Of a stretch of DNA of 63,255 nt, positions 22,633 to 33,896 are shown one piece after another (the stretch's first letter is position 1; each line of letters opens with the position of its first letter). The translations under genes and the position numbers were made by a program. The notes under the pieces are model-generated. The model made no database searches. It was given only the letters and a program-made list of their open reading frames with translations, and was not told where the DNA came from. Origin of the DNA: Candidatus Poribacteria bacterium (GTDB lineage: Bacteria > Poribacteria > WGA-4E > JAJDTR01); the NCBI GenBank assembly GCA_965222225.1, contig CBDCTK010000001.1, positions 1 through 63,255 on the forward strand, given 5' to 3'.

Positions 22633-23331
22633 GTGAAAATAGTAGAACACCTGTTCGTCAAAAGTAAGCCAGGAAATCCTATGCGTTCAGTTATGGCGTT
22701 TGGAGTTGGCCCAAATGGTATAGAGGGAAACGTGTATTGTCTGCCTCTGCGACAGGTATTAATCGTCCCGACTCAATCTTTGACGGAATTCAATTTGAAG
22801 CGCGGAGATCTCCGAGAGTACATTGTCGTTGATGGGTTTGATTTGCACAAATTGGAGTCCGGCACTGTTATTCAGATTGGAAGCGTCAGAATACGATTAA
22901 CATTTCATTGTGAACCGTGCAGAAAGTTAGCGGATATAGTTAGCCTCAAGAAGATAACACACAAGCGGGGAATACTGGGCAACTTCTTGAACAACGGAGT
23001 AAATAAGGTAGGCGATGCGGTAGTAGTGTGTGATAAGAGTTTTGATGCCATCCCTTATCGCATTGACGACAGAATAAAATGGTATCTTGATAAGCAGGAT
23101 AAGCCGGTCCCGGTCTCCAAACTGGCATTTGATATTGGTTTGTCGAATTCATACTGTCGGGCAATTCCTAATCTCGTCAGAAACAGGGATGACATAAGAA
23201 AGGAACTCATCCTCTACAAGATCAGTACCAAGAGGAAAGGCGTAGATGATTCGACAACCGCACAACGACAGTTGTCTGCGTTTGATCCTTTGCGAAGGGA
23301 AATCGCATCGCGTCGAGAGCCTTGGAATTAA
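22633..23331 (+). CDS. MOSC-domain protein with possible C-terminal HTH
   Basis: RQVLI, LREYIVVDG, CEPCRKL, RGIL; C-terminal VSKLAFDIGLSNSYCR. Confidence 0.7.
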   Translation: MKIVEHLFVKSKPGNPMRSVMAFGVGPNGIEGNVYCLPLRQVLIVPTQSLTEFNLKRGDLREYIVVDGFDLHKLESGTVIQIGSVRIRLTFHCEPCRKLADIVSLKKITHKRGILGNFLNNGVNKVGDAVVVCDKSFDAIPYRIDDRIKWYLDKQDKPVPVSKLAFDIGLSNSYCRAIPNLVRNRDDIRKELILYKISTKRKGVDDSTTAQRQLSAFDPLRREIASRREPWN

Positions 23332-23414
23332 TGGATATGCTCCCGATTCTGGTCGAGTTGACAGGGCGGTTTCGGATTCGTCTCTGAGAGCGCATCGTCG
23401 GTAATACTACAATT

Positions 23415-23969
23415 GGACAACTTTGCCGGCACAACCGAAATTTTGAGACTGACCGATTAAGACTTCGACCATTTGAGAAGACTGATTCTGATCTTGCACT
23501 GCCGTTTTACGGGGATCCCGATTTCCTTAACGCAATGGAAGGGCAACCGCCTGAGGAACCCATCACCGGCGACTATCTCAGACGTGCCGGCTAGGCTATG
23601 GCAAAACAGGGATTCCTGTTTGCAATCGTAGAGAAAACGAGTGGCAGAGCCATCGGCGAAGTCTGTTTACAAAGGATGAATTTGGAACGTGCAATTGTTG
23701 TCAATGAGAAAACGATGCGTGTGCCCATCGGCATCTGGGATAAGTCGCTGTGGGGCAAGGGTTACGGAAAGGAAGTCGTGAGGTGTTTGATGGCGTTCGC
23801 GTTTGAGGAATTGGGTATTGATCGACTTTGTGCCATGGATGTCTCCATCTGCAATACGCGTTCGGTAGCGTTGTGGCGTTCGTGTGGCTTGACTGTTTCA
23901 AGGGAGTTGAGCGACGGGGAGACGCTCGATTTTGAAATTACTAGAGTGAAATATGAGTCCGTGAAATAG
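23415..23969 (+). pseudogene. RimJ/RimL-type GNAT acetyltransferase with internal stop
   Basis: FETDRLRLRPFEKTD upstream is in frame with ORF 23598 but separated by TAG 23592-23594; WGKGYGKE acetyl-CoA motif; start approximate. Confidence 0.8.
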
Positions 23970-24213
23970 GCAGATTATCCACAAGGCGTATATTTTTTCC
24001 CCTGTAGGGCTTACCGATTCGCTTCCTTGCCGCACAGTGTCCTTTTACGCAGGCGTGTGCTAAAGGGTGCCCTCCCCCTCAATTGGCGACGTGTCGTCCA
24101 AGGATACAAAGATTGTTGTTACCTAGTCAATCGCTCGCCACACTCCTCCCAACGACAGCCAACCATATTATTGATGCTACCCGCTGACGAGTGAAAGCAA
24201 TGGTGAGTGAGAA

Positions 24214-24241
24214 GTAGGGAACGCAGATCTGCGTTCCCTAC
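24214..24241. repeat. REP-like perfect palindrome
   Basis: GTAGGGAACGCAGA|TCTGCGTTCCCTAC, a 28-bp perfect inverted repeat with GTAG on both strands. Confidence 0.75.
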
Positions 24242-24609
24242 AGTCTGAGGTGCGTAGATCCTAAAGCCCTGTAGATGTTTGAAGATTGTCTTGAACAGAT
24301 GCGACTGTCCTGACTGCTGCCAAGAAACGTATTGATCGCGCATTTTACCTGTGATAGACTACCCTACCGTCAAAGTCGGAGATGGAGTTTGAATCTTACG
24401 ACTGATTCCCTTTTTTATTAACTCCTATCTAAGGATGGCGCCAACACGCAAGCCCAACTGTGTAAACAGGTAAAGATTGTATCCGATCCTGCGTTTCTCA
24501 TCTCCAACGCCAGAGGTAATTTACACGCAATTGCCGAAGAAATATCCCATCCAAAGTTCGCGATACTCGTAATCGACTGTGCATAAGCAGGTTATTCACC
24601 ACAACACCC

Positions 24610-26411
24610 TGACCTTTCCCACCAGAGCTATTCTTATCGGTCTCATCCTATCCCATTAAATGCCTATTGGATAACCATAGGCAGTGACCTATGGTCGTCG
24701 TTGATAGGCATGACGGGATCATCGTTATTCTTCAGTCCCGTTTTCAACCTGTTTTTACATATACAGGTTAATCTCTGCCTTCAAAAGTTTGCGCCCAAGT
24801 TAAGTTTCTCTCGGTCTGAGTTTCTAACTGTCTACGTCATGTTGGTAATGCTATCAACAGTTGGTGGAACGCGGATGATGTCGTTTTTCGTCGGTGTATT
24901 GACTTATCCGTTTTGGTTTGCCACGCCGAAAAACGAATACGCCGAACTCTTTCACAGATATATTCCTTCGTGGTTCACCGTGTCAGACAAGAAACTTCTA
25001 CGCGGATGTTTTGAAGGCGAGGAATCCTTTTACACCGCGGAGTACATTGAAGCTTGGTTGACACCCATGATTGTGTGGACAGCCATTATATTTGTCTTCT
25101 TCTTCGTGTTCCTATGTTTCAACATCATCCTACGAAAACAGTGGACGGAGCAGGACAAGCTTAGTTACCCAATCGTACAAATCCCTCTCGAATTGACTGC
25201 ACCACGCGCAACGACTCGTCCTCTCTTTTGGGCTGGTTTCGCTGTATCAGCGTTTATCCAGATTCTGAACGGCCTACACTATCTGTATCCTGCCATCCCC
25301 GGTCTACCGATGCACAATTTTGCGCACTTTACCGAAAAGTCGTGGGACGCGCTCGGCGGGATGAAATTTTCTTTTTATCCGTTTGTGATTGGTCTGACAT
25401 ATTTTGTGCCGTTGGATTTGTCGTTTTCGACTTGGTTCTTCTATCTTTTCTTTAAGGCGCACCAAGTATTCGCACACACCGGGTCACAGGTGCTCTCCGC
25501 TTTTCCTTACACTAACGAGCAGGGGTTGTGAGCATGGACGACACTGGGGGTTTTGTCTTTATGGGTGAGCCGCAGGCACCTAAAACAGGATTGGCGAAAC
25601 ATTGTCGGATAGTCATTAACGGTGGAGAATTCACACGAACCGATACCCTACAGATTTGCCAACCTTGGTATCTATTTTCTTCTTTCAATCGCCATCACCC
25701 GCATCCGCGCCGCACTCGGTCCCCCGTTTCATGAAGTTATCTTCACGCACCCTCAGATATTCATGGTGGATGTTTTGGGAACTCGCGAGCTTGGAGCAAA
25801 CAATCTGACGCTCCTCACCTTTCTTTATCCGTTCAACAGAGATAATTCCTCACATCCAATGCCAAACCAAATTGAGGGTTTCAAAATTGCCGAATGTACC
25901 GGCATCAGCAATCGACACATTTTCTGGGGGATGGTGTTCGCACTGATTTTGAGTATACTCGTATCGTTCTGGAGCTATATGGACGTGATGTATCGAAACG
26001 GAATGACCGCAAGGGTGCTCGGCTATATCGTTGGAATTGGCCCTGAAACGTTCAACATGTTGACATCATGGCTACAATATCCACGGGAGCCTCACCAGAA
26101 TGCCGTGCTTTTCATCGGAATCGGTGGTGCATTCACCGCATTCCTGATGATAATGCAAAGAAATTTTATCTGATGGCCTTCTATGTTGGCGGGTACGTGC
26201 TTGGCACTTCGTGGGGATGATCCACGTCTAGACGTCCATTATTGCCGGACGGGCGCTCAAGGGAGTTATCCTCAAATATGGCGGGTTGAGGGCGTATCGG
26301 GTGGGTGTTCCTTTTTTCATTGGACTTATTCTGGGCGATTAAGTTATTGGCTGCTCATGGTCAACACTTGGCGCGGTGCTTGGAATACCAACATACGGCG
26401 TATTTCACTGA
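24610..26411 (+). pseudogene. DUF6785/DUF6784-like polytopic membrane protein, multiply disrupted
   Basis: Fragments TRAILIGLIL/PLNAYW, RKQWTEQDKLSYPIVQIP, PLDLSFSTWFFY, TRIRAALGPP, FI-TGA-WP, KYGGLRAYR..PFFIGLILG spread over several frames; start approximate. Confidence 0.7.
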
Positions 26412-26435
26412 TACCCAGTTTCGGTTAACAAGGCG

Positions 26436-27488
26436 CTAGAATTCGATTTGTGCTTGGGTGATGAACTCAAGGAATGCACCGCTTTCTTGCGGAAAGTGCA
26501 GTATGGGGTTGATCTGAATTCGCGCCTTGGAATGAAAGCAAAAGCCGACGTACGGAATTATCGAAATAAGGGAATCCTCGGTGTCAAACGGATCGTTGCT
26601 ATCTCTGTACTCAAGGCGCCCACCATGCTCCAATGCAACAAGTCCATAGGCTTCGACCTCGCGTCTGTACACACCCGTGACATACAAACCGATTATCTCA
26701 GTGTCGCTGTCTATCTCCGGTTTATCGGCGTATAAGCCCTCGGCTATGAGTTTGAGGTCTCCAAGGTTGTAGGAGACATCCGCGCCGTAGGCGGTGAATC
26801 GTTCTTCAGCATGTGACGATGCGTTGAGTCCAAACGTTAGATCCTTGAACGGTTCAAATTCAATTCGTCCGACGACATCCTTAGCGTCATTATTGTCAAT
26901 TCTTGACTCGGGACCAACGCCCGATCCATTGAAAACACCGATGGAAAATTCCACCGGTTTGATTGGATCCCATTCCGCGAGTAAGCCGACATCCCTTCCA
27001 AGATAGCCTCGAAAATCTTTCCGGATATGAGTGGGGCGTTCAATTATTCGCAAATCACGCGCAGGCCGAAGCCGTGCATAGCTGAACGGTTTTTTCAGTT
27101 GGCCCGCTTTAAATGTCAAGTTACGCCCAATATCGTACCTCAAGTAGAGATCTCTGGCTTTGACTTCTGCCGTCGTTGCCTCAAATTCTATCCTCAGCGA
27201 CAGCTTCTTCTTCAATTCCGCCTCCAATTGGAGGCGGCCGCGCCGAACCTCAAAGGTTGTGTGTGACTCGGAAGCGTTTCGGTTTGTGGCTTGAAATTGT
27301 ACCTGTGTGTAGCCGCTGATAGTTGCTTTTCCGACCTTAGATTTGACATCGGGCTTGGCATATGCGAAGGGAACCCACGACTCGAATAGAGAGAGTAGCA
27401 GCACATAAATCAGAAAGCAAGTTGGCTTGCAGAAGCAAAACCGGAAGCGTAAAACGTGTACTAAGGCACTTGACATAGCTATGGTCAT
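26436..27488 (-). CDS. porin, phosphate-selective OprO/P-like
   Basis: Signal peptide, ISGYTQVQF, FEVRRGRL, GQLKKPFS, GRDVG, GVFNGSG, KDVVGRI, C-terminal Phe. Confidence 0.8.
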   Translation of the reverse strand: MTIAMSSALVHVLRFRFCFCKPTCFLIYVLLLSLFESWVPFAYAKPDVKSKVGKATISGYTQVQFQATNRNASESHTTFEVRRGRLQLEAELKKKLSLRIEFEATTAEVKARDLYLRYDIGRNLTFKAGQLKKPFSYARLRPARDLRIIERPTHIRKDFRGYLGRDVGLLAEWDPIKPVEFSIGVFNGSGVGPESRIDNNDAKDVVGRIEFEPFKDLTFGLNASSHAEERFTAYGADVSYNLGDLKLIAEGLYADKPEIDSDTEIIGLYVTGVYRREVEAYGLVALEHGGRLEYRDSNDPFDTEDSLISIIPYVGFCFHSKARIQINPILHFPQESGAFLEFITQAQIEF

Positions 27489-27659
27489 TGAAATCGTCCT
27501 TTATTACTTCCAGGTGTTTACGTCCTTAATGGTATTATGGCTTAGTTAATCGGATGTCGAAGTTGTGTGCTCCGGCGTTGAGTAGGCGACCTATACGAGG
27601 ATTTAAACCTTCAACCGTGAAAGTCCAGGATTTTTGCCTCAGGCAGAGCGGCGAACCGC

Positions 27660-28916
27660 TTAATCAGGGCGACGAATCCACCCAGCCGTCCAATCGTCCG
27701 TGCCAATCGCGCCGATGAAAGAAGAAACCGAAAGATTGGCATTGGCGGGCTCCAGAGCGGGGGATGTCGGTCGTGGTCTCCAATCCCAATTGGGAGTGTC
27801 TTGAAGTTGCGGTTGAGTAATCAAAGTCGTTTGAGACTGAGCAATCTTCTTGGCTTCGTCGTCTAAATCGGGACGATTGTTTGAGAAGATGTTGTGCGTG
27901 AATCTCATGCCATTGACGGCACTCGGGTTGTTCACGGAAGTTGAATCGACCATTAGTCCAGCTCGTCCGCAATTCATGGTAATGCAATTTGTAATTGTCC
28001 CCGCGCTGCCATTTCTCAACAGAATCCCTTGGTTATCCATGCCGACGATTGTTGCGTTGTATATTTCAGGCTTGCTTCGAGGCTGGTGATTGGGGGCATC
28101 CGGATTATTATCTCCTTCAATGCCGCGATCGCAATACCCATCTGCCTTATGACAGATGAGGTATTGAATTGTCCCCGAGTACCCTTGTGTCCAATCTATT
28201 CCATCATCGCGGAATCCCGAGACTACAATATGCTTGAGATTCACACTCCCGCCGTACAACTCGATCGCATCGTCAAGCACCTCAAATACTTGGAGATATT
28301 CGACAATTGTGCCTGTACCGACATGCTTCAGACTGATTCCGTTCAGATGACCGTCGCCAAATGCCGAACCCGCGTACTCAATGCGTACATACCTGAGCAT
28401 GCCGCTACTGTCGTTTGTGTTTCCTTGCTGTTTGTAGTGGCCAACGCCATCTCCATTCATGACGATGCCACCCCAGTCTCCGGCTGACTGGCTGCCTTCC
28501 GGTTTGTCGCTCGTGAAGACAATCGGCGCGTCGCGCGTTCCTTCGGCGATGATTTTGGCGCCACTCTCAACCTCCAACCACGAGCGGGGTGCACTTGATC
28601 CTTTTATCAACGTCCCGGGTTCAATTGTCAGAACAGTGCCGGAGGGGACAATGACCCTACCCCCAGTAAGCGTGTACACATTGGTTGATTTGAGTGTCGT
28701 ATGCTCCAGGATACCGGATAATTCTATGACCGGTTTGCCCCCGACACCAAGCGTAGTGTTCTCTACACTTCCAAGAGGAGTCCCCGTATCATTGCCACAT
28801 CCGCTGAGGATAATTAGAAAACCTAGTATGTAATGCGTTATTCGCTTAAGGCGGTTCACAACACATAACACCGCAAGAGTAGCAACACTCATGTGAATCC
28901 CCGTGCTCCTTACCAA
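27660..28916 (-). CDS. beta-helix (pectin-lyase-like) lipoprotein
   Basis: LSGC lipobox, LTIEPGT, PIVFTS..GDWGG, SGMLRYVRIEYAG, DDAIELYGG, GIEGDN. Confidence 0.7.
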   Translation of the reverse strand: MVRSTGIHMSVATLAVLCVVNRLKRITHYILGFLIILSGCGNDTGTPLGSVENTTLGVGGKPVIELSGILEHTTLKSTNVYTLTGGRVIVPSGTVLTIEPGTLIKGSSAPRSWLEVESGAKIIAEGTRDAPIVFTSDKPEGSQSAGDWGGIVMNGDGVGHYKQQGNTNDSSGMLRYVRIEYAGSAFGDGHLNGISLKHVGTGTIVEYLQVFEVLDDAIELYGGSVNLKHIVVSGFRDDGIDWTQGYSGTIQYLICHKADGYCDRGIEGDNNPDAPNHQPRSKPEIYNATIVGMDNQGILLRNGSAGTITNCITMNCGRAGLMVDSTSVNNPSAVNGMRFTHNIFSNNRPDLDDEAKKIAQSQTTLITQPQLQDTPNWDWRPRPTSPALEPANANLSVSSFIGAIGTDDWTAGWIRRPD

Positions 28917-29002
28917 TGGACTTAGGAATTGTAATCTTGTGTTCTCCGGGAATGAATTGACGAATTATGAAGTCTGGTGCATTCAACCGAACCAAATCTT
29001 TT

Positions 29003-32000
29003 CTAACGTAGAACAGTTAGTTTGCGCGTTGCGCGGTGATTCTCCGAAGCCAGTGTGTAGAAATAAACCCCGGAAGCAGCCAACTCGCCCTGCTCATTCC
29101 GTCCATCCCAACGAATAGCACGTTGAAAATCAACATAACTGCCGGTCTCTCGAAATCCGAGGTCAATGTGTCGAACTTTTTGTCCACGAAGATTGTAAAT
29201 CGTCAGCGCTAGTTCGCTCGGTTTTGACAACCGAAAGGGAATCAAGGTTTCGGTCGCGTGCGGGTTAGGATAGTTTTGCATCAGGCGAATTGGGCCTGCA
29301 GGAGTTTCAGAATCACTGACATTCGGTAAGCCCGGAGTGGGTTTATTTAACATCTCAAGAGTGCGTCCACCATCTGGAATTCGTCCATAAGAGACATCGA
29401 CATCCATAAGAGGAAACTCAAGCGAGTCTATGAGTTTTACTCCTGCGTCACTCGATTCAAACAAACCCACTGATTCGGGATTGGCGCTGAGACTGAAATT
29501 TGCGTGTAGTTTGCCGGCGTTCTCATCCCTATCCGCCCAGATTAGGATAAATCCTTCGGCTGCAATCGTCACCGCAGGAAGACGCCATTTTGTAGGATCA
29601 GCAAGGTCGTCCGATAGGAACAAACCGTCGAGCCGAATCGGTTTATCCGTCGCGTTGTACAATTCAATCCAATCGTCAAATTGCCCCGATTCATCGGCTA
29701 TGGTACCGCTATTTCGGGTCATAATTTCGTTGACATACAATTGTGGCCGTATGTTTATCGCGCCGGGTGTCGGTGTTCTCAAAATGTCCCACGCCCCGTT
29801 GCCGTTCGGATGACGTCCGAGGGAAACGTCCGCCGTCTGTTTGCCAAACCGGAACGCATCAAGAGGTGTATTGAAATTCGCGTCTCTGTCGAAAAGCAGA
29901 ATGCTACCGCCATTAGACGACAACTTGAAGTTTGTGTGCAATTCCCCCTGGTTTTCTTCACCATCCGCCCAAACAATCACGAATCCGCCCAGCGGTACCT
30001 CCACGGAAGGGAATTTCCAGCGGGTCGGGGTGAATGCCGTGTCGGATAAATACAATCCTGCAAGATTAACGACATGGCATCCGGAATTGTAAATCTCTAT
30101 CCATGCATCGTATTCGCCGGCTTCGTCCCCCAAAGTCGATCGGTTATTGACCATCAGCTCGTTGAAAGTAACGCTGTTTTCAACGCGGATGTTGGATTCG
30201 CCGGGTGTGGCGCTTGCACAGGATTCAAGGTTATCACCGCCATCCGGATAACGGCCCAAGGAGACATCTTCCGCCTGAATACCGAAGGCAATCCAGTTGA
30301 TAATCGCATTTCCGTTCTCATCAGTATCAAATATCCCGATTCCCTCACCGCTGGCGCTCAGTTTGAACCCCGCGTGCCCCGTGCCTTGTGCCAGATTGCC
30401 ATCCAACCAAAAGAGCTGATAACCCATAGGCGAAATTTCAATCCCGCGGATTTGCCACTTCGTAGGCTCACGCATGTCATCTGAAAGATACAAGCCGTCC
30501 AAATGAAATGTTGATTCGCTGCTGTTGTAGATTTCGACCCAATCGTCGTATTCACCATGTTCGTCAGCAACAGTTTGCCGGTTCGCCGCCATCAATTCAT
30601 TGACGTGTAGATGTCCGACAAGACTGCTTGAGAAGAGGGACATTTGCATCTGCAAGTTATCCCAAATCCTTTCATTACCTTCCTCAATACTGCCAATCTC
30701 CACGACGTATTCATAGGATATGCCGGGCGACAGATTTGCAGGCAATACTCTGGTCAGTTGGTACGTGAGGTGTTCCAAGGGATGGAGTTGAAATTCCTGT
30801 GGTTGAGTGAATGCGCCTGGATATGCCGGCTCCCCTGCTACAGACAGTTTGCTCCACAACTGCACCGTCTGAGCTATGTTCATCTGATTCTGTAAATACA
30901 CCGTCTGTTCAAGTCGATCGCCTTTTGTGAGTTTTTGCGTGGAGAAATCAACTTTCGCGGATGCATCAAACACAACAGGGGCAAGCCAACGGTTGGTCCC
31001 TCCCGGCGTTGGACTAGTGAGGATATCTAACTCTCCGCTACCATCGGTTAGCCTACCATATGCAACTTGACCTGTAAGATTATCGCCGAGAGCGGGATAG
31101 GTTATCTGATCCACTAGTCTAGCACTTCCGCCATCTTCTCTTTCGAACAAACCGATAAATCCACCACCGCCGTTGACTTGGGGTGATTCCACAATGATGT
31201 GACCACCCGGAGGGATATGTCCGCTAGGCAGAGGGGTTTTGGTCGGTTCATTCGCGTCCTCCGAGAGAAATAATCCTCGGAGGTCCACTGATTCCTTTGG
31301 GCTCCAGTTATAAATTTCAATCCAACCTTCAGGGGCAATCTCGTTAATGAAAAGGTTCACCGACGGAGGCGGGATAAAATCGGGGATAGAATCGCGAAGA
31401 AACACATTTCGTTTGGTAGAAAAATCCTTAATCCACCACAAACTCGGGTAGAACCATATTTCATTCTCAAGCCAGCCCGGTTTTTTCGTGTCGCGTTCTC
31501 CGTCAAACCGGAGGCCCTGATGCCCGGTTTCGACGCGTGATATTCGCTCGGTATCGGAAAAAGTGGTATCAAGTAATTCCAATAGACGCAGGCAGTACAT
31601 CCGTCGAAACTGCGCCACGTTCAGAACCCGATCAATCAAGCGATCCCACCAATAGGGCACATCGTACATCGGGCTGTTACGAGTACCTTGGTCAAGCGGC
31701 ATGTCCTCTTGAACGTAAGAAACATCTGGGTCCCAGGCAATAACCTCCCATTTCTTCCGATTCAGATCGTGATAGAGATAAAAGTTGTGCCCGGCAATAT
31801 CCCAATTGCTGATAAGTTGGTTGACACAGTACCAATTCAAATACCCATTGATATCAAGAACCTCCCACAACTTCTCACGGATGAGGTGTTGGGGCGTCAA
31901 ATTGACCAATTCGACAAACTCCTTGAGATCTCCATCGATCTGGCCTCGGTTGGTTTCTTTTTCGGCATATTGTAGATAATCTTCTGCATTTGGCAGTACG

Positions 32001-33292
32001 ACGAGAAAGTCGAATGGTTTATAGATATTTCCGGTGGGATTGCGTCCGTTCATGCTCAGAAAACGCTCATCGATCTGGTCAACCGCCGTATAAACACCCA
32101 TGAATTCATCGTTGAGACGAAGATGCACCCATTCTGCTGCCGGCGCCAATGCCCCTGCCCTTCGATAATCATCGAAAGCTAACTTGCTTCTCATCAATGA
32201 CGAGTCCCATGTATCACTTTGGAGATTAAGCTTCTTTTTCCGTTGAAACAGTTGATTGTCGTCGAAGATTAATTTGATACTGGACTTCAGCGCTTGGCGC
32301 CGAGCAGCACCGCCTCGATGACGCATTCTTACCCCACGGTATTCTACGCCTTCATGGCGCAACACGACGGGAATGGTCATATCGTCCCAAATATGTTGGC
32401 TCAAATAGATAAGGTGGCTCTCATCAGTATATAAGTCGTACACGGGCAACGCAGAATCGGAACGAGCAAGAATTATTACAGGTCGAAACTCAACACGCGC
32501 ACCGCGATTCCCAAAGAGATCAACCGCACTCACCGCATATTGATATATCTCGTGGGGATTGACCGCACGGTCAATGTAGGAGGACGACGGACTTTGGTCC
32601 AAGAGGTGAAATTCCCCGTTTTCGGAGCGATAAATGTCATACCCGCCGATATCATCTTCCCGGTTGTCCGTCCAATCAAGAATCGCTTGCCCGTATCCAC
32701 CTGTGACTAAAAAGTGGCGTAGCTCACGGGGCTCCACCAAGTCAGGAGCGCGTGAGAAAACATAGACTGCGGAAAGTGACGGCTCGCCGTGGGTGGTGGT
32801 AAATCGGACATTCAATTGACCGTCATTCACCTGTGTCGCAAATTGATAGTCAATAGTGTAGTTGCGACGCACCTCGTTAAAGATGTCAAAATCTTTAAGA
32901 ACCCTTTCGTTCTCAATCCAAATATCGAATACTCGTAATTTGCGCCACAAATGTTCTACTTCGCTGAAGTGTAGCTTGACGATATATGATCCGTCCGGTA
33001 CATCAAACCGATACTCACTCAACCCGCGACGGTCTTGAAGATACAAATCGTAATTTCGAGTACCACCTGATTTGACCTCGCCAGGAGATTTGCCAATGTA
33101 GCCGTCAACGTACCCCGCGCCGTTGGCTAGAGTATATGGCTGGTCACTTTGGTATGCCCTTCCTTCTTTCGTCGTGTACGCGACCTCCGAGCCACTGTTG
33201 AACCCAATCTCATAGGCGGTGCACAGTGATGGAGTTAAGAGCGCAAGCAGGACGACAACGGGATGAGGTATCTTCTGGATTAAGTTGTTCAT
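29003..33292 (-). CDS. secreted CotH-kinase protein: malectin, FN3, CotH, four lamin-tail domains, FlgD/T9SS-like C-terminal domain
   Basis: VKLHFSE/RVFDI (malectin); SNWD..HNFYLY..IAWDPD (CotH); four NE..D.WIEIYN repeats; QNYPNP..WDGRNEQGE..SGVYFY; probable start ATG 33292. Confidence 0.85.
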   Translation of the reverse strand: MNNLIQKIPHPVVVLLALLTPSLCTAYEIGFNSGSEVAYTTKEGRAYQSDQPYTLANGAGYVDGYIGKSPGEVKSGGTRNYDLYLQDRRGLSEYRFDVPDGSYIVKLHFSEVEHLWRKLRVFDIWIENERVLKDFDIFNEVRRNYTIDYQFATQVNDGQLNVRFTTTHGEPSLSAVYVFSRAPDLVEPRELRHFLVTGGYGQAILDWTDNREDDIGGYDIYRSENGEFHLLDQSPSSSYIDRAVNPHEIYQYAVSAVDLFGNRGARVEFRPVIILARSDSALPVYDLYTDESHLIYLSQHIWDDMTIPVVLRHEGVEYRGVRMRHRGGAARRQALKSSIKLIFDDNQLFQRKKKLNLQSDTWDSSLMRSKLAFDDYRRAGALAPAAEWVHLRLNDEFMGVYTAVDQIDERFLSMNGRNPTGNIYKPFDFLVVLPNAEDYLQYAEKETNRGQIDGDLKEFVELVNLTPQHLIREKLWEVLDINGYLNWYCVNQLISNWDIAGHNFYLYHDLNRKKWEVIAWDPDVSYVQEDMPLDQGTRNSPMYDVPYWWDRLIDRVLNVAQFRRMYCLRLLELLDTTFSDTERISRVETGHQGLRFDGERDTKKPGWLENEIWFYPSLWWIKDFSTKRNVFLRDSIPDFIPPPSVNLFINEIAPEGWIEIYNWSPKESVDLRGLFLSEDANEPTKTPLPSGHIPPGGHIIVESPQVNGGGGFIGLFEREDGGSARLVDQITYPALGDNLTGQVAYGRLTDGSGELDILTSPTPGGTNRWLAPVVFDASAKVDFSTQKLTKGDRLEQTVYLQNQMNIAQTVQLWSKLSVAGEPAYPGAFTQPQEFQLHPLEHLTYQLTRVLPANLSPGISYEYVVEIGSIEEGNERIWDNLQMQMSLFSSSLVGHLHVNELMAANRQTVADEHGEYDDWVEIYNSSESTFHLDGLYLSDDMREPTKWQIRGIEISPMGYQLFWLDGNLAQGTGHAGFKLSASGEGIGIFDTDENGNAIINWIAFGIQAEDVSLGRYPDGGDNLESCASATPGESNIRVENSVTFNELMVNNRSTLGDEAGEYDAWIEIYNSGCHVVNLAGLYLSDTAFTPTRWKFPSVEVPLGGFVIVWADGEENQGELHTNFKLSSNGGSILLFDRDANFNTPLDAFRFGKQTADVSLGRHPNGNGAWDILRTPTPGAINIRPQLYVNEIMTRNSGTIADESGQFDDWIELYNATDKPIRLDGLFLSDDLADPTKWRLPAVTIAAEGFILIWADRDENAGKLHANFSLSANPESVGLFESSDAGVKLIDSLEFPLMDVDVSYGRIPDGGRTLEMLNKPTPGLPNVSDSETPAGPIRLMQNYPNPHATETLIPFRLSKPSELALTIYNLRGQKVRHIDLGFRETGSYVDFQRAIRWDGRNEQGELAASGVYFYTLASENHRATRKLTVLR

Positions 33293-33896
33293 GCTAGAAT
33301 ATGGAAGAAACAGCCGCAGGTGACAGAAACAGAATTGAAGTGCTACCTTTTTGAGCATTTGGTGGGAAGGCAGCGTATCGTATGAGCCATCCGCCTCTGC
33401 GTAATTCCGACGCGAGTGTCGAGAACTTGCTTTCTCAAGCCTGTTGTAATCGTCGGAAGACGTTGTTCTTCTCAAATGTCGGTGAGATGTCTGAACATGT
33501 TCCGTTAGTTAGCCATTTCTATAGTCATTTACTTTGCATATTTGCACATATTACGGTCTACACGCAAGTGAACAACCAGTCGATGCGAAATGAAAAGAAT
33601 AGGGATGGGCGAATTGATGAATGAAGGTTGTTTCGACAAATCAACTGTATGAGAGAACTTTGGTCGCGACAGGAAGCCGCTCAGTTGATTGTTCGCTTGA
33701 TCGCTCCGACAGAAATGTAAAATTCTAAGTTGTAATAACTATAGAGGTTATTTATTCCAAGACTGTATGAACATGATTTTGATGCAAACACAAATAACTT
33801 TGCGTGTGAAGGTTTCTCACTTTACCAAATAGGAGTTTATGGAGACATCCTGATGCAATACTCCAAAACAGAACTGCCGAAACTCACATCAGCCCG

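Noticed and set aside
24340-24420. GACTACCCTACC segment as an IS200/IS605 end or omega-RNA start
   Set aside because: No complete hairpin and no tnpA/tnpB/iscB remnant nearby
33490-33560. Pho box upstream of the CotH/porin cassette
   Set aside because: The TTTGCA repeats are spaced 8 bp apart, not the 11-bp period of PhoB boxes
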